A DNA stretch of 64,000 nt from Paramecium tetraurelia (lineage: Eukaryota): positions 62,001 through 126,000 of the forward strand of contig CT868529.1 in the NCBI GenBank assembly GCA_000165425.1. Direction: 5' to 3'. Position 1 is the first letter of the stretch, and each line of letters begins with the position of its first letter. The position numbers and the translations under genes are program-made. Below the pieces are notes generated by a model. It was not told where the DNA came from, did no database searches, and saw only the letters and a program-made list of their open reading frames with translations. Below, one piece after another: positions 1 through 13,563 of this stretch.

Positions 1-499
1 TATATGCAGTGGAAATAAAATTAAGTTGAGTCAGGTAAATAATAAAGTCAAATTATTCCTATAATCCCAGAAATGGGCTATATCTGATCAACCTCAATCA
101 TACAATTCTCATCTATTAGTACTAGAGAACAAAAAATAATATTTTTTTAAATATCTATATAACCATCATCAAATTCTGTTAAGGTAATAAAAATTATTCC
201 ATAATAATAGGTTATGCTCATATTAAAATGAGCTTACTATATTTCAAACTGGTTGAATATAGCTTACAAAAATGTATTATTTCGTTCAACAAATATACAA
301 AAAGAATCCACCAATAGAAACTTTGATATATATACTTAATACTGAAATTTGATATCCTGCCTTAGAAAAGATTAAATAAATTTAAAACAACACAAATTCT
401 AAAAACTAAAATGAAAGCTTAGAATTTTTTATCACAAAATTATTAGTTTAATAAAATTTCATGCCTCCACTTTTGATTTGGGCTCTAAAGGCTCTCCAT
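1..499 (-). CDS. Hypothetical membrane protein, N-terminal part (runs off the window start)
   Basis: ATG at 499, MESLQSPNQKWRHEILLNQQFCDKKFQAFILVFRICVVLNLF... under code 6; hydrophobic stretches; exon structure not resolved. Confidence 0.45.
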
Positions 500-1667
500 T
501 AATTTTAAAGGTTATATTATTTTGTATTAAATTGATAATTTAAATCATGCAATTTTTTAATAATATGTAATTTAAATTACAATCATTTATTGCTTAAGAT
601 TCTCATTCAGCATAAAATGGTGTGTGTTCTAAGTAAGTGCGGATTAAATTGATTGTATTATCAAATTGATAATGAATGAATTAAATAAAAAGGAACTGCT
701 TTGATTAATTAATTTATATTAGAGTTTAATAAAAATTATTTAATTTAAGTTAAATAGTTTATATTAAGCTGTTAAAAAACAAAGGATTTAATCCGCTTTT
801 GTTAGAAGTTGGTTGGATTGAGAAAGCATAGTTTTTAAGCAAAAAATAAATATATAATAAAATAATTATAAGTATAGAAAGTAGATGTATGTTCAAATTT
901 GGTAGTAATTATTAGGGAGTTAGGGTAGTTCTATAGTGTCTTTGATTGACTCGAAATTGTTGGGATTGTTGGATTAATGATCAATCTTCTTTTCATTTAA
1001 TAGATATGATAACATGCTCCCTGGTGGTTAAACTTCTTCTCCGTTATTAGTTTCTAATGGTTAATGCTTTTTGAGCAAGAATGAGTTTGTATTTTGAGGG
1101 GAACCTAGGTACTCCTCATTAATGAAAATTATGTAAATTTTTTTTTTGATTTTTTTCTTTATACCTAAGACTTTCTTTGCCTTCATTTCAGCTATCCAGC
1201 GTTTGTAGATTTCGAAATACGTTGGTATTTAAGTTGATTTCTCTCTATTTTATTTGTTATTGCAAAAATGAGATGTCGGTGTTTTAAATTCGAGAACATA
1301 GAAGGGGGTGGGTTGATTATAATGATATATAAATTGAGTATATATGTAATAATAGGAAATTATAAAATGCTAGATTTCTGATTTCAATTTAAAAGTAAAA
1401 GAGCAATTAATAGCAGGTTAAAAAAGAAAGCAGAGAGGATATGAGACTAGCATAGATGAAATACAGAAAGTGTTTGTATTGTTTATTATTATATATGAAA
1501 AATTAATGAATTGTATTTGTAAGTCCTTGATTATTCTGATCATTCCAAAGATTGCGAATATGATTTTAGAATGTAATGATGGAATTTAGAAATTAATTAA
1601 TAATTAAGGTCATGGATTTTATCATCGAATTTGTATTAAAAGTATTAAAATTGTGATTAAAATCAAT

Positions 1668-3119
1668 ATGTAATAATAATAAAAGAAACAAAGTTGGATT
1701 CAACAATTATTCTGTGGATGCGTTCGAGAAGAACCTCTTCATTAGGATTAGAAAATACAACGTTTGTCAAGCAAAATGGAAATTCAGAAGCAGAAGCCGA
1801 TGAATCTAATTTCCATGTAATAATAGTCTGAAGGGTGGTTGAATAAGACCACATCTCAGGAAGTGGATTACTCAGCAGATATAGAAAAGGATGTGGATTC
1901 AGATGAGGATCATGATAAGGTTTATAAAAGACAACTTTCATATTTGGAGTAAAATTCTCAGCTTCAAAAGACAAGTTTTTCTGATGTAAATATTATGGAA
2001 TAAAGTAGGAATTCAATTCAAATAATATTGAAATGAAGATATTGCACCGGATAGGTGGCCTATTGTCAAGATAAAGCAATATTTAGATAGAAATGCAGTC
2101 ACATTTGTGGATAATGAAGATATTCAAAGATGTGCAATTAATTGTTCAAGACAAGGAGTTCGAATCTAAATTCAAATCTCAATTGATCAATCCTGCTATT
2201 GTTGACATAATGAACTAGAGAATCAAATCAAATATCATATTATTGGCTCATGATCCAACAGGATCTATCTTACTTAAATTGGCAAGTCCTAGTAGAAAGA
2301 TCTAATACCTGTAATAGGATAAGACTTTCTCAAATATCATAGATAGAGGGATTAGCAAATCGAAAGTGAAGGTGGATAAAGTTTTGAAAATGGATTTAGA
2401 CTAGAAGTCAGACATAGTCATAGTGAATCTATTTTATATTGATTGCAAAGATAATCTTAAGAACATTATGTATGAGTATCTGCAGTATGCTCATGACATC
2501 ATTGTTCTTTTGTAGCCAAACATAGAAAATTCCATAATCTATAATTCTGCAGAGTAAGCCATTGCATTATCTGAATAAGCCAATTAAAGTTGCAGTGTGG
2601 AACTCTAATGTCTGACTGACAATAATGACAATATTGTAGCTAAATTATTGTATTATGGAGATATTACTGAAGTACTAATTTTAGTGATTATTTTAGATCA
2701 CATTGAATGATGAATTAAACTTCGTTTACTCTTGTATTGATTCTTCAATCAAGAAACAATACAATTACAAACTTATGTTTAGAGATTTGAGAAATCAGAT
2801 GGGCATGAGTAAACTCATTAGAACTTTAAGTCAATTTCAAATTATTTCGGGAATTGGGTCATTTTCTGAATTTGCCACTAATATTAATGGCAGCAAAGAG
2901 AAATATCTATTGATGAATATACCATCCAAAGATTACGAAAATGAAAATCAAGATGGCAAACACAAATTAAGTGAATTGCAGTCTTCCTCCTCATCAACCG
3001 AATCAGAGCCTGAAGACAATTAGGATAAGTTTGGGTCAAGAAGTGAGTCATTTAATCAATCTTAGATGTTGGAACCTCTTTAACTCAAATATTCCAATTC
3101 ATAACCCTTTAATTATTGA
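1668..3119 (+). CDS. Hypothetical protein with a degenerate TGS1-like (class I methyltransferase) region
   Basis: MQQQQKKQSWIQQLFCGC... open with two tiny introns (gtaaatattatggaataaagtag; gtactaattttagtgattattttag); TGA 3117-3119; segments resemble TGS1 (DIIVLLQPNI, VELQ..VAKLLYYGDI). Confidence 0.7.
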
Positions 3120-3159
3120 TTTATTGCATTGTTTATAATATTCTAAAATTACAATTACA

Positions 3160-3722
3160 ATGTCCTATTACTCTGGGTTTCAAAACAGATAATAACTCTA
3201 ACAATATGAACAATTGTTACAATTGCTTCTAGTCACCCTAAATAAGAGATTGGTCAAGTTTTATTAAAATGAAGAGTGTGATGAATTGGCATTTCGTAAT
3301 ATTTTCCACAGAATCATATCTGGACTCAAATCCTTAGAATAATAGTAAATATAGTGATATCTATTCAATAGAAAATTTATGCCTCCAAGATTCAGTGAGA
3401 CAGTTAAAATTTTGTTTGAGATTTTGAAATTAGAAGAATAGCAAGAAGTATCAAAATATCTATATAGAGTGAAAGGCTATACCTGAATCCATAATTTGAT
3501 TAAATTTCTAGATAAGCCAATATCATAATGAACTAAGAGAAGAAACCAATTCAACATATCTAATACAAATTACAAGAGGATCATTAAGAGATGCCACCTC
3601 ATCCATTGTTGCAAGCTGAACAGAGATAAGAATCAAATAAATTAGATGTTATTTTTGACAAGCCAGATAAATAGGAGAAATTATTAAAACTAGAATAAAT
3701 TGATAAAAACAAAAAAATATGA
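3160..3722 (+). CDS. Hypothetical protein (3' end uncertain, may extend to about 3830-3960)
   Basis: MSYYSGFQNRQQLQQYEQLLQLLLVTLNKRL...; two plausible 20-27 nt introns; first in-frame TGA at 3720. Confidence 0.5.
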
Positions 3723-4456
3723 AGGTGGAATAACTGAAATAACTACACCTCGCAAAATTAAAGAATCATAGCAACAACAGTAATTCTGCTAATAACAATA
3801 ATATAACTTAATACCAAGAGACTTCATGAATTAAATAGAGGAATGTGTTACTAGAAATGTCTTGGATAAATTGAGTTTTCCAAAAAAATTTAAGAAAAAA
3901 AAATAAAGATCATCATCAAATTCATTTTAATTTAGACAAGTTCTTTTAACAACCAGTGATAAATAGAATTAATCTTTTTAGTCAACAAAGAGAAAATTCA
4001 ACAACTTAATATGAATCCTATATGTTATTTTATTTTTTCTTCAAATGCTTGAATGATATAATATATATCCTACATATCTATTCAAATCCTAACAGTTATT
4101 TTAAATTCTTCATAATGGTTTGTTCGGTTAGCAAGTCTTATCCCCTTGTTCTCTAAAGAATCCTTAATTTCAAGTTACTTAACTTCCCTCTTCATTACTA
4201 ACATTAATAATTCTAATATTTAATTTAATAACTTAGTATCTTACCTTATTTAAAGGTTGATATTACAAAAATAAACAAAATGATACAATATCCAAATCCA
4301 TAAAAAATAGAGAATAAGTATAAATAGATAACAAATAATTTATCATTATTAGATATTCTACCTTAAACTTATTAAAGACTGATTTATAAACAAATATATT
4401 TAGATTTTTGGCAAAAGTTATAATAAATTATGAAAAAAACATTTTATTTGTTATGA

Positions 4457-6113
4457 TCACACTAAAAGCCCGTTTGTGGTAAATAAATTTTGTTTAAGCA
4501 CTCCAACTGGAAATTAAAATTGCCAAAATTTAAAGACGATTGTTTTATTCTATTGAGACTCCTTGTAATAATGGAATAATATATAGCATAAAGCAGTCTA
4601 TTAATATTATGTATTTAAACCTTCAAAATTATGTTAAAAACACAAAAAACTAGTGTCATTCTAACAATAGGATCCCCTGCCTCTCCCCAGGTAGGTAGAG
4701 TTTTATCAGTACCACTCCACCAATTCTAATATTTAATCAAGCTATACTTTATATATGCTAATCCAAACAATATCATTAATAACACTTAGAATAGTCAAAA
4801 CACCTACAATTTTGATATAGGTTGGTTCGAAACAGTCTCTACATACGATTATCAAATAAAACATTGCTAGGATTAACTTATTATATTGACATTTATACAT
4901 CCAAATAATCTGGACGAGCAAAACATTAAAATAAAGCCAAAAGCAACATCAGCATATATAAAATGAACCCATAATATAACTCATCTGATAATTCGTCTTA
5001 CACAGTATTTGGATCAATTTGATGAATTTGTATATTTTATTATTGCTGAGGCTGCATTTAAAACGGTTTCTATTATTGTGGAAGATTTTGTTGCTATTGG
5101 TACATAAATGCTTAATTTTATTGGGGCAAAGAATAGTTTTGTGGCTACTTTAAAGATTGCTATAAATTATTTCTTAAATTATTCTCCAAAAATGGCTATT
5201 GGATTGTTAATAAATCTCTTTGATAATCATCAATATCAACTTGGCTCTATTAAATAGTTTGCTCATATTTAAGAATCATTTCTTAATGATATTTTAACTA
5301 ATCATATTGATCTCTATACTTTATTGTGAATCCATTATGATTCTAGCTATAAGTAAGTTTGCAGTTGTTATCTATCATTAACCAATTATAATTGCTAAGA
5401 ATGAACTTATTGATCATGCATTTCACCCAAGTCTATATGGCTTTATCCAATTAATATTCTCCTCTGATTTCTATCCTATACAAACAACTTTATTAAAATC
5501 TCTTCTGAACCAGTTTGTATTTGACTTAATATTAAATTATATTTACAAATTTAGTTGTTAGTTAAAAGTAGGATTATATTTATCACCTGTAGACATTTGG
5601 GTCTAGACTTCAGCACCATCCAAACTTATACTGACAAAACTAAATTGGTAATCAGAATATTGAATATTATGAGCCTGTTTAACCACTATTATTAATTAAG
5701 AGTCTCTATCTACTCCCTAAGGGTTAAGTTTTTAATTATCTTTTTATATATATCTAATACATTGTAATTCTTAAGCCTATTGTTGGCATTCCTTCAATTC
5801 GTCTCTATATTGTTGTATTTGTTGTTCCGTCTGATTTATTTTTTTCTTGAGCACTTTATCTGCTTCTATAATAACTTATGCAAAATCCTCTAACTAAACT
5901 TGACCTCTTTGGTTTGGTGAACATTATTCAAATAATTGTTAAGCAACGTCGCGATCATACAATTATCCAGTCTATCCTATAAATAGTTATTGTTACGAGT
6001 TTGTCAAGTGCAGAAAACAATTATTCCATTTAATAAGCTTATCCTTAAGATAACCCTGTTCTTTAGAAACCATTCAATATCGAACTAACAGTTGGGCTAT
6101 ATTGCAACGACAT
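4457..6113 (-). CDS. EF-hand-like + coiled coil + C2 domain + Gln-rich linker + C-terminal multi-TM membrane protein
   Basis: MSLQYSPTV...YDRDVAQQLFEQCSPNQRGQVQLEDF; C2-like QTQMSTGDKYNPTFNQQL..QIQTGSEEILIKLF..LIGQSHIDL..QWIHNK; hydrophobic C-terminal helices; several 20-23 nt introns. Confidence 0.75.
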
Positions 6114-6413
6114 ATAATATTTAAATTTATATAAATATATTATTATGTTACTTATTACCTTTCTATTTCTAATTTACTAACCAAATTAAATCTTAATTTT
6201 GTAAATATCATTGTATCTCTCTAAATTATCAAAACAGAGATCATAAACCATTGTGCAGTTCTAAAATTTATTATCATCAATAAAAGAAAGAACCTTAGTA
6301 AATGATAATTTTGTAATATGAATAGTGATTAATTATTAGAGATATATAATTTTATTTGCGATATTAAAAACAAGACTCCTATACGATCATAATTATTTAA
6401 ATTTATATATATA

Positions 6414-7091
6414 TCAGATTAATGCTACAGCTCTATTTAATAACTGATCATTAACATCATGAACCACTTCATTAATTCGCAATATTGTGATCTTTTATCT
6501 ATGTCCCTAAGATTTCTAATATCTCTTTCGTCTCTTTTTTTTATATATTAATTCTTTTTCACTTAGTGTTTATTATTCAACTGTTGCTAATACTTTTGCA
6601 TTCTCCACAAATGGTCTTCCTAAAACAGTATAATCTTTAGCTCCAACCATCAAAACTTAATCCAATTCAATAGTTGTGTTAATGTCCAATCCTTCCATAA
6701 ATTCTGTGATGATCTGATCATCCTTTACAACTTTATATTAGCTATTTCCAATTTTACAAACCGCAAATTTAAGAGATGTAGGCAATTCGATACCTTTCAA
6801 TTAATCATGCACTATAAATTTGCATTCCTAAGCAACAGGAAGAGTCTATTAGATAAATCAAAAATTGAGTAATACCCTCTGTCTTTCCAATTCCTAATGT
6901 CTAGCTCTACGTTTGGCCTTCTTTTCTAAATCATTTCTCCATTTTTGAGTGTACATGATGTATCTCTTATCAGTGAATTTGTTATTGTAATATTCAAATA
7001 TTTCAGCCTTATCTCTCTCTTTAAAGTACTCACTAAAAGTAAAGAGTCGAGGTTGAGTAATTAAGGATCTTCTAAATAATTATTTGATCAT
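6414..7091 (-). CDS. MRPL21: Mitochondrial ribosomal protein bL21m
   Basis: FAVCKIGNSQYKVVKDD...VLMVGAKDYTVLGRPFV...KKKRRKRYQKSQGHRQKITILRI, the L21 signature; Arg-rich presequence; one 30-nt intron. Confidence 0.93.
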
Positions 7092-7301
7092 TAATTAAAA
7101 TAATTAAGCAAGTGAGAAATTAGGGGATTTGATATTTTATTTTAGGATAAAATTGTAAACCTAAGAAAGCCAAATCAATATACTTAAAATATATATATAA
7201 ATGTAAAAGAGAAGTCCTTGATTAGACCAATATGTTTATTAATAATTTTGAGCAATTATCAATTAAAATCTTTTTTTATTTGATTAATTATTTGAGAAAG
7301 A

Positions 7302-8160
7302 ATGTCTGGTATTTCATCAAAGTATATAGGAAGAGGAATCGCAATATTCTGAACATCCAGGAGGTTGGATTGAATGGTTTTGTGCTCATGAAGATCATTA
7401 GTTTTTATGCGAAGTAGATGATGATTTTATTCGCGATCCATTTAATTAAATTGGAATTAAGGGAAAGTTTGGTTTTTATAAGTAAAAATCACAAAGATAT
7501 CTTAGTGAAGCTATTAAAATGATTTTGCAATCCACTTCACCTGAAGATTAGGACTTAGAAGATGAAAGGTTTTCTTATTTTACATCACAAAAGATTTTTA
7601 GAGGTTTATTAAGAAGCATCAGATATTTATGGTCTGCTTCATGCCAGATTCATATTTACTTCGAAAGGATCTGCAATAATGCGTGAAAGATATTTGTAAG
7701 GCAAATTTGGTCATTGTCCTCGGATATATTGCGAGAAACAGAATGTCATTCCTATTGGATTGTGTGAAGATTTAAAGACAGCAAGAGTTAAGGTTTAAAA
7801 TTAAAAAAGAACTTAGGTTTTTTGTCCTCGTTGTGAAGAAGTTTACATGCCAAAAAAAAAGTGTGCAGATATAGATGGTGCATATTTCGGAAAGTCATTC
7901 CCATAATTTTTGTTGATGGTTGATATATATATTAAAATGCTTAGACTTATCCTGATTTACATCCAAAATATTAATTATTACCAGATACTTAAATAAAGGC
8001 TAATTTTGAGCCTACGCTATTTGGTTTCAAAATAGCTGGCAAATTAGGCAGTAAAATAAAAAGGTTTGAATAATAATTGTAGCCCAACTAAATTATTACT
8101 CAACCTATCATTTAATCTGCTGAATAAAATGTTCTTATACAAGAACAAAAATAAATTAGA

Positions 8161-8193
<33 letters not shown>

Positions 8194-8265
8194 GAACAAC
8201 TGACAAAAGAATAGAATTCAGAACACAATCATAAAAAAAAAAATAAGAAAAAGCATAAAAATTGA
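7302..8265 (+). CDS. CSNK2B: Casein kinase II regulatory (beta) subunit
   Basis: WIEWFCAHEDHQFLCEVDDDFIRDPFN, YGLLHARF, FGHCPRIYC...FCPRC zinc ribbon, IDGAYFGKSFP; 5 tiny introns; poly-Gln/basic tail. Confidence 0.95.
8164..8193 (+). repeat. (TAA)10 microsatellite encoding poly-Gln in the CK2 beta tail
   Basis: Ten consecutive in-frame TAA codons. Confidence 0.85.
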
Positions 8266-8339
8266 TATTACAATTATTTGGTATTATATATATATATGTT
8301 AATGTATTCTTAATGAATAAAAATTATACAAAATGCTAA

Positions 8340-9075
8340 TCAAACAATTTTACGCTGTACTCCAATAATTCTTTTTATATAAAATACCTGCCAAATACTA
8401 ACAAACACTATAATTAAAGTTTCAACAATAGTGTAAATGAAATACATTTTATTGTTATCCCTCAAAAATTGATAGCCTCCTTCTCTTTTTTATTACGAGA
8501 ATTTAGTGTCAAACATTAGATCATTAAGTCCAGTATATAAGTTAGATAGCTTTTTCTAAATTGGATCTAAATCTGCTTCCTTTATATGCTCATAGGTTGC
8601 ATTTCGAATATCGAGTGCAAAAGTCACAATATGATTGTTTTTACCCTCTGAATTAAATGAGTGTTTACATTTGTATTGCTGAACACAAATTTATAGTCTC
8701 CAGGATTGGTGATATTAACAGAAAAAACGGCTTCTTTCTTTTAATTCTTGTTGTCTATGATTTTTCCTCTTGGATCCTTGATCTATTGACAATTAATAGC
8801 TATCATACACTAAAATCGATTTTGTCCTTGTTCATAATTGATAAGAAGAATGCTCCTCTGATATTAGTTGGGTGTTTAATGTATTGCTCTAAGATTTCCA
8901 CTTCTCCCTTTTTTAATTCAAATGATAACATGTCATCTGGAATGAAATCAGCCATCTACCCTTCCCAATCATCCAATAGTTATTTTCTCTCTTCATGATC
9001 TGCATGATTGCCATTAGTATCATTCGAGGCTAATTTACAGTATGCAGATATGATGAATATTAAGAATAATTTCAT
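8340..9075 (-). CDS. p24/emp24 (TMED) GOLD-domain cargo receptor
   Basis: Signal peptide MKLFLIFIISAYC; GOLD-like IDFSIKDPRG..PGDYKFVFSN; C-terminal TM YTIVETLIIVFVSIWQVFYIKR; 2 introns. Confidence 0.88.
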
Positions 9076-9119
9076 TTATGATAATAATTTATTGTTTTTT
9101 GTAATATTAATAAATTATT

Positions 9120-12100
9120 ATGCAGATTAAAAGGAATAGACCAAAAATGGGGGTTCCTAAGTCAACCATTCTAAATACTCCATAATCTACAAACCCGTCG
9201 TTGCGTAATTTATTCATGAGATAATCATTCTAGCAAGTAATAAATTGATTGGTTAAAGAACAATTCATGAACCCTTCACAGATTAGAGCCAGAGTATAAA
9301 TTTGCAGAGATAACAAAAAGAAATGAAGCAAACACTTAAATTATCTCCTGTCAAATAATTGTTAAATTATATATTTTACAACTTTTAGATCCCCATTCAA
9401 TTTGGATTCCACTTTCCGATAAAAAACACTCATTTAAAAGACCGAAGGTAGTGCATCTGACCCTCTTCTTAAAATTAATCTGAAAAACCTTGAAATTCCA
9501 AAGGATAAACTTCTATTTGCTACAGAAACCAAGCATATTTCTAAATCACTAATCGACTTAGATGATGTAACAAATCCTTCATATATTTTAGCAATTCGAT
9601 TACATTAAGACTTTTCGAGCAATGCCTATGCAAACTATAAAAGAAATCTATGATACTGATCGCAAAGAGATAGAAAGATTAAGTTCAGCAGAGAGACATA
9701 TTCCCATGGATTCCAGATTAGCTCCAATAAGACCATAACTATAGCAACCAAATATTCCAGAATTTCGTAAATATTTTAAAGAAAATGAAAGATTTCAAGA
9801 AATGCAGCAATTTTATTAAATTGATCCAAATATTTATTAAAAAATGACTGAAAAAGTATCATACATAATCTAATATTAGATTAAATAAGAGAAATTAATG
9901 CCTAGAGAGATGAAACTATTCACTAACAATAACAATGACAAACTTATAGCAAATAATTTATTAGGATCTGATATGTACGTAGATCTGTTTTCTGAAGGGC
10001 TATCCTCATCTCATTTTAGCAATTTAAAGTCACTCTAAATGAAGAACAATAAATTAAATAACAATAGAATCACTATGATAGCCAAAAATCTCCCTAGTAG
10101 CATTATTGATCTGGATTTCAGTAACAATGCTATAGGAAATGGAGGCATTGCTAGCATTTGCGATTTCTTAAACTCTAAAAATTGCTATTTACAAATATTA
10201 AATTTAGAAGATAATAAATTAAGAGATGGACCTATAATGACTATTCTTAAGACCCTTCAATAGAGTAAAACCATAAAAGTCATAAAATTTTCAAAAAACT
10301 ATATTACTGACATTAGCATGGATTAGTTTGGAAATCTATTGAAAACAGTAACTAAATTTATATAAATAGAGTAATTCATTGTAAGAAGTGTACTTGCATT
10401 ATAATTAAATACGAAACCAAGGAGGAACTGTATTCTTTAGGGCACTTCTAAAAAATTAATATATGAAAGTGCTAGATTTCTCTTTCAATAAATTGGGATA
10501 ACACAAGGAATGTGTGTAGATGATATCTGAGTAAATATTTTTATCCATAAAGGGTCTTAGGCAAACCACATTCCGAATTATCTCATCTTGACTTATCATA
10601 TAATAATTTCAATAATGAAGACTCCAAAATATTCCATCAAGCTGTTATGTTTAATTAAATAATATACGGATTTCATTTTGAGGGCAATGGAGATTATTGT
10701 ATCAACACAAGAGGGTTTTTTGTCAATCAGAAAGAATTAGATTAGGAATACAACGCCTTGGTTTCAAAATAATCGATAAGACTGTCGACACAATAATTTG
10801 TTGATTAAAGTCTCAATAAAATAGATTTGAAGAATAAAATGAACAAATTGGATTAGAATTTTCAATTGGCAGATCCATCCTTATTCAAGAGAATCTAAAG
10901 TACAGATTGGACAAACAATAAGTCTCGAGATAATTGTTGGCTATGCGAGGGTTGGACGGAAATCAGATTTCAATATATAGTTGGTAAATCAGGAAGTATT
11001 AGCGACTATCCAATATATTTGCATTTAGATTTTGAAAATTATAGGCCAATGATTATGGAATAGGATTAATAGATCTTTTTTCTATTAAGAATGTGTCCGC
11101 CAAATAGAAAGATTAAATATTTTTTTAGTAATCCCTTTTTAGATATTTAATTTACAGCAAAAGATCAACGTATAACTGCATTAGAAGATTTTGAACCAAT
11201 TAAAATGTAAGGGATACCCATGATCTATGCAGATACTTCTATTGTTTATAGTTAAAAGATTTCAATAGTCAATTATTTGTCAGCCACGATCAATAAGAAA
11301 GTACTTGACTCATAAAAGCACTATATTCCCACAGTATTATCTAGACCTAGAGAATAAGAGAAAATAATTTATATAGATCCTAATAAGGCAAAGGAGAAAA
11401 TATGGTCAATTGAGAATTCAATCTTTCGTGATTTCTAGGCAGATACAGAAGGACATCTTTTAGATTGCTTTGATTTTGATTTCGAATGTGGAAGATTATA
11501 AAAACATATCCCTGATCCTGAGGATTTGGAAGTTTTAAAAACAAAGGTAAAAGTATTCTACAAGAATATATTGGCATGTTATAAATATTACTGTGCTGAA
11601 ACTCTAAATTACGAAATTCCCTGTTTGAATCAGTAAAGCTTTATTGATTTTATATCACAAACTCACATACTTTCAAAATCAATATTAAACAACATTGACT
11701 TATAATTAACTTATTTGTCAAGTTATGTTGTTCAGAAATCAGCTGAATTTATTCATGTCCTTGATAAATGCTTAGTTAGATATCAATTTCTTGAGATTAT
11801 TATTCGTTTGGCTAAGGAATAATATTTGAGAGTGAATCAATGCAATAATATTACCGAAGCTTTGGATAAGTTGTTTCAGTAAGATAAGGTTCTAGATTTG
11901 ATACAAGAATATGGAGTTCCTTAGGATTGGAGAGATAACAGATATTGGACTTAATTAATGGATTCCACTATAAAAATGAAGATCCAATTTCTATAGTTAA
12001 TGTATGATTATGCATCAAAGATTACATTCAAACATACTAAATATGTAACTCTGACAGATTTCAAACTGTTTATCGAATAATTAGATTTAGGAAAGTACGT

Positions 12101-12866
12101 TTCTGAGAAAGAACTCTACTTAATTTATCTACAGAGTATGTAAACATAGAGAGATGAATTGAGAGAGTCTAAACATGTATAGATGCAATTTTTAGAATTT
12201 GTTGAAGCTATCGCACGATTAGCAGAGAAAATATCTCCAATATCACCAATGTATGCTGTTCGTAATCCAACAGTTAATAAAATAACTAGAAAGTCCTTAC
12301 CCTTATTTGTTAAATTTGAAGGGCTTCTCTTTATTATATTTTAAAAGATTAAATAAGGGATTACTACAAAAACAAATGAATAATAAATTTAAGAGTTGGA
12401 AAAAAACGTTATTTCCAAAACCATATTGAAAACAATTTAAGCCAAGAAATTGGGAGTGTTTGGTATGTTAATATAAATTATAATATTTTTAGAGGAGGAC
12501 AGAAGTTCAGATGAGGAAAGAGAGAAAGAGTCAAGAAATGTGCCATTATTACCAGATGAGAAAGATTTGTAGGAGATAAAAGAGAAGAAAGTGGCTGGGA
12601 GCGGATGGAGTAAATTAAGGAATTGGGCAAATAAAAAAAAATTGTAGAAATAGGGAAATCCAGAATAGATTAACATGTTAAAACAATTATAAACATATTA
12701 AGATGAAGAGGAAAGATATGTGTAAGTGGAATATGAGCAAGCATCAATTTATGAGAAGATGGAAATCAAACAGAGACAAAAAATGAAGTAAGAGTTTCAA
12801 AGAACTAAATTAAATTAAGAACCAACATTCAAATTTGAAGAGGAAGATGAATTTAAAAGATTCTGA
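9120..12866 (+). CDS. Large RNI-like leucine-rich-repeat protein
   Basis: Repeats LDFSNNAIGNGG, LNLEDNKLRDG, LHYNQIRNQGG, LDFSFNKLG, LDLSYNNF; continuous under code 6 with tiny introns; TGA 12864-12866. Confidence 0.85.
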
Positions 12867-12908
12867 TTTACAGAAACAAACAAAAACTTATATTTATTTT
12901 TATAACAA

Positions 12909-13541
12909 TCATTCCCATCCATTAATAAATGACAAGTCAGATGATTAATGTTCATCTAATATTATTTGCAATTATTCATTAACGTTCAGATTTGATTTTT
13001 TTATTATATTAGATTTAGGTTTAATATGAAACGAGATCCTGCTTGCAATTCTGATATCGTCTTATTATTCTTATTAACGATGTTATAATTATCTTAATTA
13101 GCTTTTGATAAGCCCATTTTTTTTGTTCAAGTGTGGAATTTTCATCGTATCAGGTATCTATACATGGTATAGCAATTTAGGTTCATTCTTGTTTTCTTTT
13201 TATCTTTAGTATGAAAGATTCCTATTATTTTCAATAGGGTAAACAATGTATGATGTATTAACCCTTCTTCTTACATACTGTTTTTTTGCCTATTGATGTT
13301 TTTATTCTTATGTGTTATCTAGATTAAGGAGGCCTTTTCTGATAATTTACTCAGTGTGATTTCCGAAGACCTAATTAGAATTTGAGAATATTAGATTTTC
13401 ATTGATTTCTTTAATTAGAGGATACTTGAATTGAAATTGATTCAAAGTCTGATTGAGAGGTGGAACATTATAGAAGGTCTTGCAATTATTGGAGTTATCG
13501 GTTTTGTTATGATAAGATTTCTTTTGAGCATTATTATTCAT
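12909..13541 (-). CDS. Hypothetical low-complexity protein ending ...LSFINGWE
   Basis: Intronless 210-codon ORF under code 6, ATG 13541 to TGA 12909. Confidence 0.65.
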
Positions 13542-13563
13542 TTCAAGAAATATTATTAATAAA

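Noticed and set aside
890..1330. Possible small minus-strand gene (..EIYKRWIAEMKAKKVL..)
   Set aside because: No consistent ATG/intron/stop model and no recognisable motif
1663..1974. 103-aa minus-strand ORF in the supplied track
   Set aside because: Antisense shadow of the longer + strand code-6 gene at 1668-3119
4080..4350. Possible small minus-strand gene
   Set aside because: Short, frame ambiguous, no recognisable product
8657..8998. 113-aa + strand ORF in the track
   Set aside because: Antisense to the p24/GOLD gene
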